This document shows positions 13,277-24,887 of a stretch of DNA of 64,000 nt, one piece after another. Made by a program: the position numbers and the translations under genes. Location of the stretch: assembly GCA_951406725.2 (NCBI GenBank), contig OX597838.1:44764001-44828000 (forward strand). Reading direction: 5' to 3'. This stretch comes from Octopus vulgaris. Taxonomy: Eukaryota. Positions within the stretch are counted from its first letter, which is position 1, and the number at the start of each line of letters is the position of its first letter. The notes beneath the pieces were generated by a model. That model did not search any database. It was not told the origin of the DNA and saw nothing but the letters and a program-made list of their open reading frames with translations.

Positions 13277-14583
13277 TATGTAATATAACTCAGTCTATAT
13301 ATATACCCACATGGGTGTGAGTGCGTACCCACAATATAACATATATATATATACATATGAGTGCATATACTCACACTCCTATACATATAAAAATATACAT
13401 TTACATAATGATATAAATAAATAATATAAATTAGTAAACATATATATGTGTTCCACACTCAACGTCTCAGTTTTTCGACTTAATATTGTGATAATAAACA
13501 TACACAAATTAATACCTAGATGTAAATATACATAGTCAATAGTACATTATATTACTTCATAATAGTTTCCAAAGTGTCACTAAAGTTAGTATCATTATCG
13601 TTGTCAATATAATTAATGTAATTAATGTTATCATTGTTATCATTCATAATTTTATTAATAACTCTTACATTATGATCCAGTGCGGAATATATGTATGTCC
13701 GTGTTCCAGTTAATAATTTTCCTTATGGCATAAATACACTATTGTATTTGAATTTAAAATTATCATTATCTTCCTCACGGTTGGTCAATTGAGAACCGCC
13801 CGACCCCCACCACACCGTACAAGCAAAACATACACATCCACATCTAACCCTAAACCCATACATCCACACAGAGAATCACACACACATGTACACACGCATG
13901 AATACACCCCGACACATCTTTACAATAAATTGGAGAGTGCGTGTCTGTCATCGTATGGCTTATAGACATATCAGTACAGGCAGCAGTGTCTAACACTAAC
14001 ACACACTCACACGCACATTCGCATATACGCATAAATATTAATACACTTTCCTATACTGTGTCAGGGAACTTTCACACACACACATATATATATATTTTTT
14101 AAATATATATCTGCGCACTCATACGTACAAATAAAACCCATATTTATATCTACCCATGAATGAATATTCGCATATACATATATACACATCCAAGTACGCA
14201 CCTGCGTGCTTATATGTGTAATAAAAACATACATCCGTACCTCCACCCACGATCATACCTATATGTACAAAAACATATATACTTACACATACACATTTTC
14301 ACACACCTACAGGGGTCAACCCTACAGTCTCTTATGTGGTGGTTTAATAAAGTATGTGATTGAGTATTATCTGGTAATTGATATTTGATTTAGATGTATT
14401 TCTCCATTTTCTTATCTTGTATATATATATATATGTATATACATACGACAGGCTTCTTTCAGTTTCTGTCAACCAAATCCACTCACAAGGCTTTGGTCGG
14501 CCCGAGGCTATAGTAAAAGACAGTTGCCCAAGGGGCCACGCAGTGGGACTGAACCCGGAACCATGTGGTTGGGAAGCAAGCTT

Positions 14584-16342
14584 TTTTATTGAGTGAAATT
14601 GGCAATGAATTCCTGCCATAGAGGTGACAGCACAAGTTGGGGACAAAAAAATAGAATGGAAAGAGTGAATTAATATAATGAAATATGAAATGAAGCCGTT
14701 CGGCTCCACCTCCGAGCGACTTCATTGAACCTGTTCATACCACCATTATAAAGTAGTTTATAATGTTGTTGTTTTTTATTATTATTAGCGACACCTAATT
14801 ACCACACTTCCGAAGAATGTTTACATTATATTCTTTTAAAATATCCTGAAAACTTACTTGTTTCGGCATTGAACTGGTTTCGAATTTCTTGACCCACCAA
14901 TTATAGTCTTGATTTACCTCATGGTCCTTCACTTCCAACATATATTCAGGGTCTGTCATTACACAGCGAATGTACTCGGGCACCCCCTTCACTCCTGATA
15001 CAGCCACTTTTATAGCATTGTCCCACAAGTCTATCTTTGTCATATAGTTCTTCGTTTCGCCATTGTACAATATAAGGGCGGGGGTGGGGAAATTTGGGGC
15101 TCCTGCGTGCTTGTGTTTGTCTTCATGTCAGGTGGGGCATAATGAGGGCTGGTGTCTGTAGGAGGTGGTTAGGGGTGTGGGTGTGGGTGTGGGTGCGAGT
15201 CGGGTGGGTGTGAGTGGGAATCGGATGGGAGTCGGGTGGGTATGGGATGGGGTTCGTCATTTTCAGTGTGTGCCTCTTTTCTCATTGCTTTCTTTCTCCC
15301 AGCTGTTTCCCATTCATTGTCCATATCCTCTTCTTCGACGGTAGTACTGGTCTTTGTCTGTGGTGCCACTTCACTCTCCCTTTTCACAACCTCCACGGGC
15401 AGTGGAGCACCAGCCACTTTCTGACTCTCTTGTCTCTCCTTAGCTTCCTCAGGTGGTGGAGAACAATCTGCTCTAATCTGGCTTTTTAGGCCACATTTAT
15501 AGTACCCCGAAATCCTTCCATCCACTCTGACTTTCAGTGTTGCGTCTCCGACCGTAATAGTCTCTACCATATTTTCGATATCTTCCACGGCAACCTGTAC
15601 CACCATATCGAGGCTTTGTCCTTGCCAGTTCCTGTGGGATTTTCTAGTGGCCTGGAGGACCACCACCTTCTCCTCCATACCTAACAGTATGGCAGCTACC
15701 AGCCAGGCTACATCCACTTCAGTGGGGTATGTCTTCTACCCTAACACTGGAAGCACATCTCTCACGGTATACAGATAGAAGCACCACTTCATCAGTTCTC
15801 AACTATGTTGCTGAGGGCAGCCTGGCAGTAGCTACCTCCCGAAATCGCTCCTCCACTCTCCCAAATTTTCTTCCTCTGGCAAAGTAGGAAATTCCTGGCC
15901 AGATTAGTTTTAGCGCCCTTTCTACTTGAGCCGTCGTCAGGATTTCAGTCTTCCGAGCTGCTACCGAGTACGTTCTGTAAATTATTTCCTTTAACCCTTC
16001 TTTGGGAGGGGAACACCTTTACATTGTACCACTCCCTTTTAATCATTTCCTTGAATTTGCTTGTATCCCCCAGCCACACGTCTTCCCTTCTTTCTTTGTT
16101 ACCTCTGCATAATTTTTAGACTCCATCCTCTTCAAACACTCCACCATTTCTTCCTCAGATGACACACAGTCTGAAGAAGGATAGTTCAGAAAGTCTGAAG
16201 AAGAAGAATTCAAAACTTCACAACTCCTCGCTCGACGCCTCTCCATTAAACAAGAGGGAAAATGTTGCACCGCCAAAGCAGCAAACAAAAGACGGGTGTT
16301 ACACTCAAAACCAACAATTCGACTGACAAACGCTATACCGGT
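14584..16342 (-). mobile_element. ORF1-only non-LTR retroelement, copy 2 (divergent homologue of 4057-6046)
   Basis: At least 9-bp TSD; AATAAAAAA 3' end; ORF1 remnant; 3' hairpin; no EN or RT seen. Confidence 0.8.
14795..16246 (-). pseudogene. Disrupted LINE ORF1 with degenerate zinc knuckle and a C-terminal extension or second small ORF
   Basis: SYFARGRKF...DEVVLLSVYR...AWLVAAILLG...NWQGQ...LKVRVDGRISGYYKCGLKSQIRADC is collinear with copy 1. Confidence 0.72.
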
Positions 16343-16607
16343 AGCAAGCTTCTTACCACACAGCCACTCTTGCGCTTATATATGTATGTGTATATATATA
16401 TACACACATTTATAAATGCATGTGTGCTAATTTACGTGCATACCTCTCCTTTTATGTAACTATAAATATTCATATGTATATAAGTATATGTGTACATATA
16501 TATATATATACTAATACAATTGTTTGTTTGTATTCCAGCTGCCTTCGTCTTTTGTTTATTTCCGTAAACCTGCCTTCGTCTTTTGTCTATTTTCATAAAG
16601 CTTCCCG

Positions 16608-16654
<47 letters not shown>

Positions 16655-16656
<2 letters not shown>

Positions 16657-16904
16657 ATTTAAAAGCCGCAGAAATTTCACAAAAAATGTTACTCAGAGTT
16701 TCACGTTCCCGTTCGTCGGACAGTTTTGTTGGAATATTGTGGTGGTGCCATTCTAACGAAACTGTCCGACGAACGGAAACGTGAAATTCTGAGTAACAAT
16801 TTTTTGTGATATTTCTGCTACTTTTAAATAAAGCATATAACTCTACCTCTGGTATTTGAGTACTCTTTTTTCTACCTTGTTTGATATTTATGTGCTTACT
16901 CCGG
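16655..16904. mobile_element. Foldback element (palindrome 16655-16831) with one minimal HHR per arm (16687-16724 on -, 16761-16800 on +)
   Basis: tgt-CCGACGA-acg(ggaa)cgt-GAAAC-tctga-GTA-aca; flanked by (TA)n on both sides. Confidence 0.8.
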
Positions 16905-17296
16905 TATATATATATATATATATATATATATAACATTTTTCCTTCGACAAGCTAAGTAACATTTTATTGAGTATCTATATTATTTGGATTTTGAATAGTT
17001 GTTTGAAATTATTATTATCATTGTTTTTGAAATAATATTATTTATTTATAGTTTCTTGATAGTTATTAGTTACGATCGTTTTTAGTTATGATATCTATTT
17101 ATTTTTATAAAGGGATTTAACGTATTACATATAATTTAATTTGTGAATTAGTTTCGTTAGACTGTACATTATTTAATAATTAGGTAATATTTTTATTAAG
17201 TAGTATTACATTTAAGTAAATTAATTTTTATATTAATTAATATTGTGTTCAACTATATTATCGTGCGAAATATAAAATCTATACAGACTACATATA

Positions 17297-18475
17297 TTGA
17301 TTGATTGATTGATTGATTGATTCCAGTTCCAGCCTATGAGCTGTGGCCATGCTGGGGCACCGCCATTTGGTGTTGCTACTTGGTTTTACTTCATGGGGGC
17401 TTTCTAGCAACTGCTATTTGGTGCATGAGAGAGTTCGATGCAGCTGCCCTCATCTGCCCCTCCTGCCGTGAAGTTGGTTCATCTGGGACACCAGACAGGA
17501 AGAGATCCAGCTTCATTTTAAAGACATCTGTATCCACCCCATGCAGGTCTCTCAGGTTCTTCGGGAGGATATTGAAGAGCTGTGGGCCTCGGAAGCCCAG
17601 GCTATCACAGAATCTTGTCCTACATCTTGATGGCAGGTTTGGAGTCCTAGGCACCACGCAGTGGCGCCCAGTTCTGGCATTTGTGTAACTCTCGATGCCA
17701 AAGTTCAGGACACTTCCCTCCAGGATCTTCCAGATGTATATTATGGCATATCTTTCCCGCCTACGCTCCAGGGAGTATAATTTTAATCTCTTGAGTCTTT
17801 CCCAGTAGCTTACATTCTGCATAGAGGCTATCTTCTTTGTGTAGCTTCGTTGGATCGCCTCAAGTTCTGTGATCAACTTGACACTGGATGGTGACCATAG
17901 CTGAGAGCAATAGTCAAAGTGGCTTAGGACAAGTGTCTTCCAGAGGACCATCATGGTTTCTTGTTCTCTTGTTCTAAAGGTTCGAAGAATCCAGCCAGCC
18001 AGCCGTCTACATTTCACTGTCAGTTTAGCAACATGTACATGAAAGGTCGCGTCATCACTCATGTGAATACCCAGGTCACGCACTGATTGTGCCTCTGGGA
18101 TTGCAATCCCTCCGGGTCCAGTGTATTCATTGGGTATTGCATTCAGTTTTGCATGCTGATAGTATAAAGCTTGAAACTTTCCAGCATTGAACTGCATGCT
18201 ATTCTTTTCAGCCCACTTGTATATTTCGTCCAGCTCACATTGCAGGTTTTTAGTGTCCTCAGGGTTCTGTATTGCCTGTGAAACTTTTGTATCATCTGCA
18301 TAACTTGTGATCGTGGATCTCTGCGTGGCTGAGGGCATGTCTGAGAGGGCCATTATGAACAGTAGTGGTCCCAAAACAGTGCCCTGTGGAACACCACTCA
18401 TTATTTGCGTGTTAATGGAAGTGGCCCCATTGGCTACTACCACCTGACTTCTATTCTTCAGAAAGTCGTGAAGCC
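17297..18475 (-). mobile_element. 5'-truncated CR1/L2-group LINE with (TCAA)n tail
   Basis: RT C-half ORF, short 3' UTR, tail (ttga)n at 17297-17321 on +. Confidence 0.92.
17391..18443 (-). CDS. LINE ORF2 reverse transcriptase, C-terminal 350 aa fragment (open frame)
   Basis: SGVPQGTVLGPLLF, YADDTK, W...MQFNAGK, RDLGI, HFDYCSQLWSP, LYSLERRR. Confidence 0.92.
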   Translation of the reverse strand: MVVANGATSINTQIMSGVPQGTVLGPLLFIMALSDMPSATQRSTITSYADDTKVSQAIQNPEDTKNLQCELDEIYKWAEKNSMQFNAGKFQALYYQHAKLNAIPNEYTGPGGIAIPEAQSVRDLGIHMSDDATFHVHVAKLTVKCRRLAGWILRTFRTREQETMMVLWKTLVLSHFDYCSQLWSPSSVKLITELEAIQRSYTKKIASMQNVSYWERLKRLKLYSLERRRERYAIIYIWKILEGSVLNFGIESYTNARTGRHCVVPRTPNLPSRCRTRFCDSLGFRGPQLFNILPKNLRDLHGVDTDVFKMKLDLFLSGVPDEPTSRQEGQMRAAASNSLMHQIAVARKPP

Positions 18476-19491
18476 ATTAATAATATAGTTAGTTTATATA
18501 ATGGGTATATATTTGAACCATTTCCTATTTTTGACTGTATTATTCATGACCAGTAATAGCATTGGGTATATTAATAAGACGCTAAAACATATTTTTATAC
18601 AATTAAAATCCAGATAGATCAATTTAATCGATAAACTTCGTAACATTGTTTGTTTATCAATATTATTTGGATCTTGTATTTTATTGAATTTGGTTGTTGT
18701 TGTTATTATTATTATTGTTATTGATTGGATTTGTAGTAGACTGTCGGTTGTAGTTGAATGTCTTCATAGTGTATTGTTAATTTGTTCTAATATTTTTTGC
18801 ACCTTTCTTTAATTTATGGGGCTTAGATGTTTTTGTTATTTTTCATTAGTAAATAATTTTCGCCATTATATCATTTTTATATTGATAGTTAAGTTATGAT
18901 AGTTATTAATTAATTATTATATCTATCTATTTAGAATGATTTGTTATTATTTTTATAAAAAGATTAACGTATTACATTTAATTTAATTTGAGAATTAATT
19001 TTGTTAAACAATATATTATTTAGTAATTAGGTGGTATATTTATTAAGTAGTATTAAATTTAAGTAAATTAGGTTTTATATTAATTGATATTTTGGCCAAC
19101 TATATTATTGAGGGATATATTAAATCTATAGAAACTACACATATATTAATCATATATAGTTAGTTTATTTAATGAGTGTGTCTATATTTGAAACATTTCT
19201 TATTTTGATTCCAGAATTAATAGTTTGTACTAGCATTGTGTACATTAATTAATTTTAAGGTTTTAGTATTAATTGCTTAATGGGTATTAGACTGTATTTG
19301 AATGTTTATTAGATAAGTATATTAATTAATAATCTAATTTAATGTATATAATTTAAAGTATTGTATTTAGTTTTCACTTAATGTATATTTAGTATCTTAC
19401 ATATATATATATTTTAAAGAATATATTTATCTTTTAAAAGATTATTTGCGTATATTTATTAATTAATTATTTTATTATTGTAGTTTATTTT

Positions 19492-19595
19492 TAACCTGAT
19501 GAGTAGCTATATTTATATTGAAGTAATTTTACTACGACTACTAATTTTTTTACTATAATCATTTCTTAAATATAGCCACGAAACACGTGTCGTTA
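19492..19595 (+). ncRNA. Canonical type I hammerhead ribozyme near the end of an AT-rich element (~16930-19815)
   Basis: taac-CTGATGA-gtagctatattta...taaatatagccac-GAAAC-acgt-GTC-gtta; palindromic ACACGTGT. Confidence 0.88.
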
Positions 19596-19845
19596 TTCTA
19601 CCAAATATATACGTTTTATTTATTATTTTGCACATTACTTAATCATCGGTATATTATTGTCATTTTATATTTAATATTTCTATTCTATTATATGAATTTT
19701 TCTTGATGGTGTAATTTAACTGTTCATTTTGAATTGAAAAAACGTGTTTTTTCTAATTTTTATATATATATTATATTTTGTGAAATTTGATTTAGTATTT
19801 CTAACTTGAATTTTTCACTGTAAGTTAGGAATAATGTTCCCTCAA

Positions 19846-19985
<140 letters not shown>

Positions 19986-20026
19986 ACATACATATACAGT
20001 AAAACATATATGTATGTATTCTTTTT

Positions 20027-20232
20027 TACTCTAGACACAAGGATCAACATTTTTGGAGGAGGGGCCAGTCGATTAGATCGACCCCGGTACGCAACTAGTG
20101 CTTAATTTATCGACCCCGAGAGGATGAAAGGCAAAGTTGACCACGGCGGAATTTGAAATCAGAAAGTAAAGAAAGACGAAATACAGCTAAGCATTTCACC
20201 CGGCGTGCTAACGTTTCTGCCAGCTCCCCGCT
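20027..20232 (-). mobile_element. SINE family C (Meta-domain-like)
   Basis: 'ttaatttatcgaccccgagaggatgaaaggcaaagttgacc...ggcggaatttgaa' shared with copies at 37447, 40265, 62735, 62945. Confidence 0.8.
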
Positions 20233-20665
20233 TTGTATGTATGTATGTATGTATGTATGTATGTAGGTATGTATACAAACTCAGTCACAGAAATACTCTG
20301 AGACTGAGTATATACATGCACAGAGTGAGACACACAGACATACATTAGGTGGATATGTTTTACGAAGTCAACTGTACATAGATATATCACTAGCATCAGT
20401 AAACAGACACATCAAAGTATGAGATCATATCTCTGCAACGCTTAATTGCTGTTGTTGTTGTGTTAGTCGTTGGTGCCGATGTACTGATAATAACATTAGC
20501 AGAAATTCTCAAGCGTGGTGGTATTAACTATATATATATATATATTTTCCTTTCCTGAGCGTCCAATAACACTATACTTGTTCCACGTCTCCATGTGATT
20601 GTCATTTCTCTTTGTGTTTTCATGTTTGGATTAACTATATATACATATAGTTATATATTAACTAC

Positions 20666-20749
<84 letters not shown>

Positions 20750-20934
20750 GTATGTATAAATATATATGTGTGTACATATATACTCATATATATTTATATG
20801 CATATATATATAGATATATATAGAATCATACATATGTATTTATATATGTGTGTGTGTGTGTTTGTGAGTGTGTGTGAGTGCGTGTGTGTATGTGCGTGTG
20901 TGAGGGTATATACACACACATACATATATGTACG

Positions 20935-21072
20935 ACAGGAGACGCGGATGCGGGCAGCAGCATCGAACTCCCTTGTTGATCAAGTGCCACGTATCAGAGG
21001 TGGATTCACAAATTAGTGTAGCTCATTCAGCGGTGGTGCCCCAGCATGGCCGCGGCCTTCGGACTAAAACAT
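20935..21072 (+). mobile_element. 3' terminal fragment of a CR1-type LINE
   Basis: QETRMRAAASNSLVDQV matches QEGQMRAAASNSLMHQI of the 17391 ORF; followed by ggtgccccagcatggcc. Confidence 0.85.
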
Positions 21073-21282
21073 TGCAACTCCACCATGGCTCCTCCCTTTT
21101 CTATCTGTGCGTATGACTGCATATTGCGGCATGTGTATTTCTGCATCACCTATATCGGGTCCAAGATGCGTTTCTGTGAGTGCCATGCATATAGCTTGAT
21201 TGCATGTCACAAGGTCTCTCAGGAATGAAATTTTCTTTTTACAGTTTCCGCGCAGCAGCCCTCCTACATTCAGTAGGAATAT
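21064..21282 (-). pseudogene. N-terminus of a LINE APE-type endonuclease
   Basis: LLNVGGL...MALTETHL...YAVIRTDRKGRSHGGVAMF, typical APE domain start. Confidence 0.85.
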
Positions 21283-21330
<48 letters not shown>

Positions 21331-21356
21331 AGGTTTGGCGATGATGTACAGGTATT

Positions 21357-21640
21357 ATATATTAGAAGAAATGAGGTAATCAGAAGATCGGATGGTTTAT
21401 ATTTACAGATATTTATTTATATATTACATTTTTTATATATATATATCATATCACTTAGATCATTAGCGCTTTCTCCCATTCTAGTGGGGTTTTCAAATCA
21501 AAATAAGTTCCTTTGTGAGGAATCTTAATCATTTTATAGAGTTTCGTAGTGGTGGGGAGGAATATAAGACAGTACAAGAGGGTGATGTGGATGAGGAGAA
21601 AGTGAGAGAGAGAACATGTGTGTATGTGTATGTGTATGTT

Positions 21641-21676
<36 letters not shown>

Positions 21677-22454
21677 CACCAATATTAAATGTTCTACTAT
21701 ATTATATTGTAAATCGAACGACACCTCTTTCAGGAGGTATATGGAAAAATATTTCATAGCTAAGTTCTCCCCCAAATTAAATGGCTGAAACTTTTCTCAT
21801 CATACATTGAAGGACAAATCTTTAGATTTACAATATAATATAGTAGAACATTTAATATGTGTATATATATATATATATATATATTGTTGGAATCCTTTTT
21901 GTCTCGGGAGACAAGGGAGTTGCGCATAAAGTAGTCTAGTCCGGCTTTTACATTTCATGTCCTGATATATTTCCTGCTGTGGCTGTGTAGTCCTATCCTG
22001 GACAAACACTCCCTCTATTATTTTTGTAATTTACTTGATCTTCACTTGCCAATTGTCATTCTAATTTTAACCTTCCTATGATATGCAATTTTCAAGATGG
22101 TGTAATTTGATTGTTCATTTTGAATCGATAGAAGGTGTTTTTTTCTAATATTTCATGTATAAGCATGTGTATATATATATAGTGACATTGAAGGACACAT
22201 CTTTCGATTTACAATCTAATATAGTAGAACATTTAGTATATGTCTGAATATGTATATATATGTGTGTGTGTGTGTGTGTATATATATATTGCCTGTTATA
22301 TACATTATATTATTTTTATAATTTACTTCAACTTTACTTTTTAATTGTCACTTTAATTTTAACTTTCCAATGATATACAATTTTCAAGATGGTGTAATTT
22401 AGTTGTTCATTTTGAACCGATAAAAGTTTCTTTTCAAATATTTCATGTATAAGC

Positions 22455-22506
<52 letters not shown>

Positions 22507-23017
22507 TCGGGGTGAGTACTTGATAATTATAAGCACCTGTGTATACCGTTTGGTGGTGTAGGTGGTGGAGTAAATTGATCAAAATAAAAACATGATGCGA
22601 AGGATTCAGCGGTACATATGTTTCGGGCCTTTATTAGACAGATTTATAACAATGCATAATGTATGTCTGTGGCCTTCTTCAGCCGCGCACAAGAGCTTCC
22701 ACAAGGACATGTGTTACATCAAAAATTCTTGGTTGGGGATGCAAATCCTCTCATTCGCGTACGACATAATGCGGCAGCAGCATAGAATTGAAGCGTCCAT
22801 CTCTTTCTTGGACGCTTCAATTCTATGCTGTTGCCGCATTATGTCGTACGCGAATGAGAGGATTTGCATCCCCAACCAAGAATTTTTGATGTAACACATG
22901 TCCTTGTGGAAGCTGTTGTGCGCGGCTGAAGAAGGCCACAGACATACATTATGCATTGTTATAAATCTGTCTAATAAAGGCCCGAAACATATGTACCGCT
23001 GAATCCTTCGCATCATG

Positions 23018-23066
<49 letters not shown>

Positions 23067-23777
23067 GTATAAATATCAACACAATTTTTTTTACCCTTCC
23101 TCCCTTATTTTTCTTTTTCTTTTTTGTCTCTCTCCCCTTCTCTAAACACACAGACACATGCACACGCACACACACACACACGCACACACACACACACAAA
23201 CACACACGGACACACACACAGACACACACCTCCACAAAACGATCATAAAAAGTGGAATGAATTCTTAAACCCAAAAAGACATTTAACCATTCTCACAATG
23301 ATAAAAGGAAATATAATTTATGGCCTACCTCCCCGCCACCACACACTCAGTGACACTGTGAAGTGGTCAAAGCTGAAATTCTTAGAACCCCCTTGGAGTC
23401 AATATTCTGTCCAGCAGACCAAAAAAATTATTTCCTTCTTCTTCCCTCTCCCTTCCCCTCTTTCTCTTTAGCTCTCACCTCAGATACAAACACACACACA
23501 CACACATACACATACACACATGTTCTCTCTCTCTCACATTCTCCTCATCCACCTCACCCTCTTGTACTGTGTTATTCCTCCCCACCACTACGAAGCTCTA
23601 TCAAATGATTAAAATTCCCCACAAAGGAACTTATTTTGATTTGAAAACCCCACTAGAATGGGAGAAAGCGATCATAATCTAAGTGATATGATATATATAT
23701 ATAAAATGTAATATATAAATAAATATCTGTAAATATAAACCATCCGATCTTCTGATTACCTCATTTCTTCTAATATA
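21357..23777. repeat. Outer inverted repeat (~21357-21622 and ~23514-23777)
   Basis: 'attagaagaaatgaggtaatcagaagatcggatgg' is the reverse complement of 'ccatccgatcttctgattacctcatttcttctaat'. Confidence 0.85.
22584..23024. mobile_element. Near-perfect ~440-bp palindrome with a hammerhead in each arm (22609-22686 on -, 22922-22999 on +)
   Basis: 9-nt loop at 22800-22808; gcgg-CTGAAGA-aggcc...ggccc-GAAAC-atat-GTA-ccgc. Confidence 0.9.
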
Positions 23778-23957
23778 TATATATATATATATATAGTAAT
23801 AATTGAGTAGTTGAATTAATTATCTTATTATGGATAATTCGGTTAACCGATACCTGGGTAGCAAATTCACGTCAGAAAAACACGGTTGAAGCTACATGCC
23901 TAGGGCAGAGATCACGTGCTATCGTGTGGAAATTTGTGTATTTTTTTAAATACAAAT

Positions 23958-24268
23958 AAATGAAAGAATGGAGTTAAAGGACGAATTAACAAAATTCCTT
24001 TATTTTATTTTCGACATATGTTTCGAAGGCTACATATTCCTAATTTCGAAGGAATAAGGGGTGCATTGTGCCGCCTTCTCATCTGGAAAAACAAGGAACT
24101 TATGTCAGCATCAAGATGCACAAAAACTTTTAGATGGCTGCCCACACGGAGCCTATAGCGATATTATCTAAAAGTTTTTGTGCATCTTGATGCTGACATA
24201 AGTTCCTTGTTTTTCCAGATGAGAAGGCGGCACAATGCACCCCTTATTCCTTCGAAATTAGGAATATG
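23958..24268. mobile_element. Foldback terminus copy 1 with HHR at 24008-24090 (-), U4A core
   Basis: ttttc-CAGATGA-gaaggc...gccttc-GAAAC-atat-GTC-gaaaa; inverted arms around loop 24136-24165. Confidence 0.8.
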
Positions 24269-24887
24269 CGTCTCATGCTAAACTGGGTTTTCTATCTTAC
24301 CACCCTTATAAGAGTTTGATTTAGATTGCCCTTTAAGTTTCTTTCGATGTCATGGGACATGGAAAACATGGAATTTAAGTTCACGCTCATTTGAGCACTT
24401 CTCTGAATTACACACTCACTCTATAATACATACATGCATACTTACATGCTTACATACACTGATACAAACAGACTTGTGTGTGAGTGTATGTACTAATACA
24501 TACCTGTGTTTGTGTGTATGTGTGTGTCATGTGTATGTGTGTGATCTTATGTGTTTACTCGCAAAAGCGATGCAGGAACATCCTGTAAATTGGTCCTTGT
24601 GCGCCAAATCGCAAAGTCAATTCAATACAAATTGACGCCATTTGTCAGACTCTGAAACAAAAAGGACGCAGGCTAGTTAACACACGCACCGATAAGTACG
24701 AACGTACTTGTACATACATTTGTTACCGACGATGAAAGTACTCTTAGGTCAAAATAGCATTCTGTACAGTTATATACGAGCAAATACTGCATAAAGCCAC
24801 AAAACTTAAGGGTATTTGCCTTGAGGCAGCATCTCTCATAGACGTTTCGTGCTGAAAAGCAGGAAATATAACACTATATATATATAT

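Larger units (their letters stand above)
14444..16378 (-). mobile_element. SINE family A head split by an insertion: 16378-16343 and 14583-14444
   Basis: Parts rejoin to the family A head; duplication agcaagctt at 14575-14583 and 16343-16351. Confidence 0.88.

Noticed and set aside
22592-23274. Mirror-image ORFs MMRRIQRYICFGP on both strands
   Set aside because: Artefact of the 440-bp palindrome.
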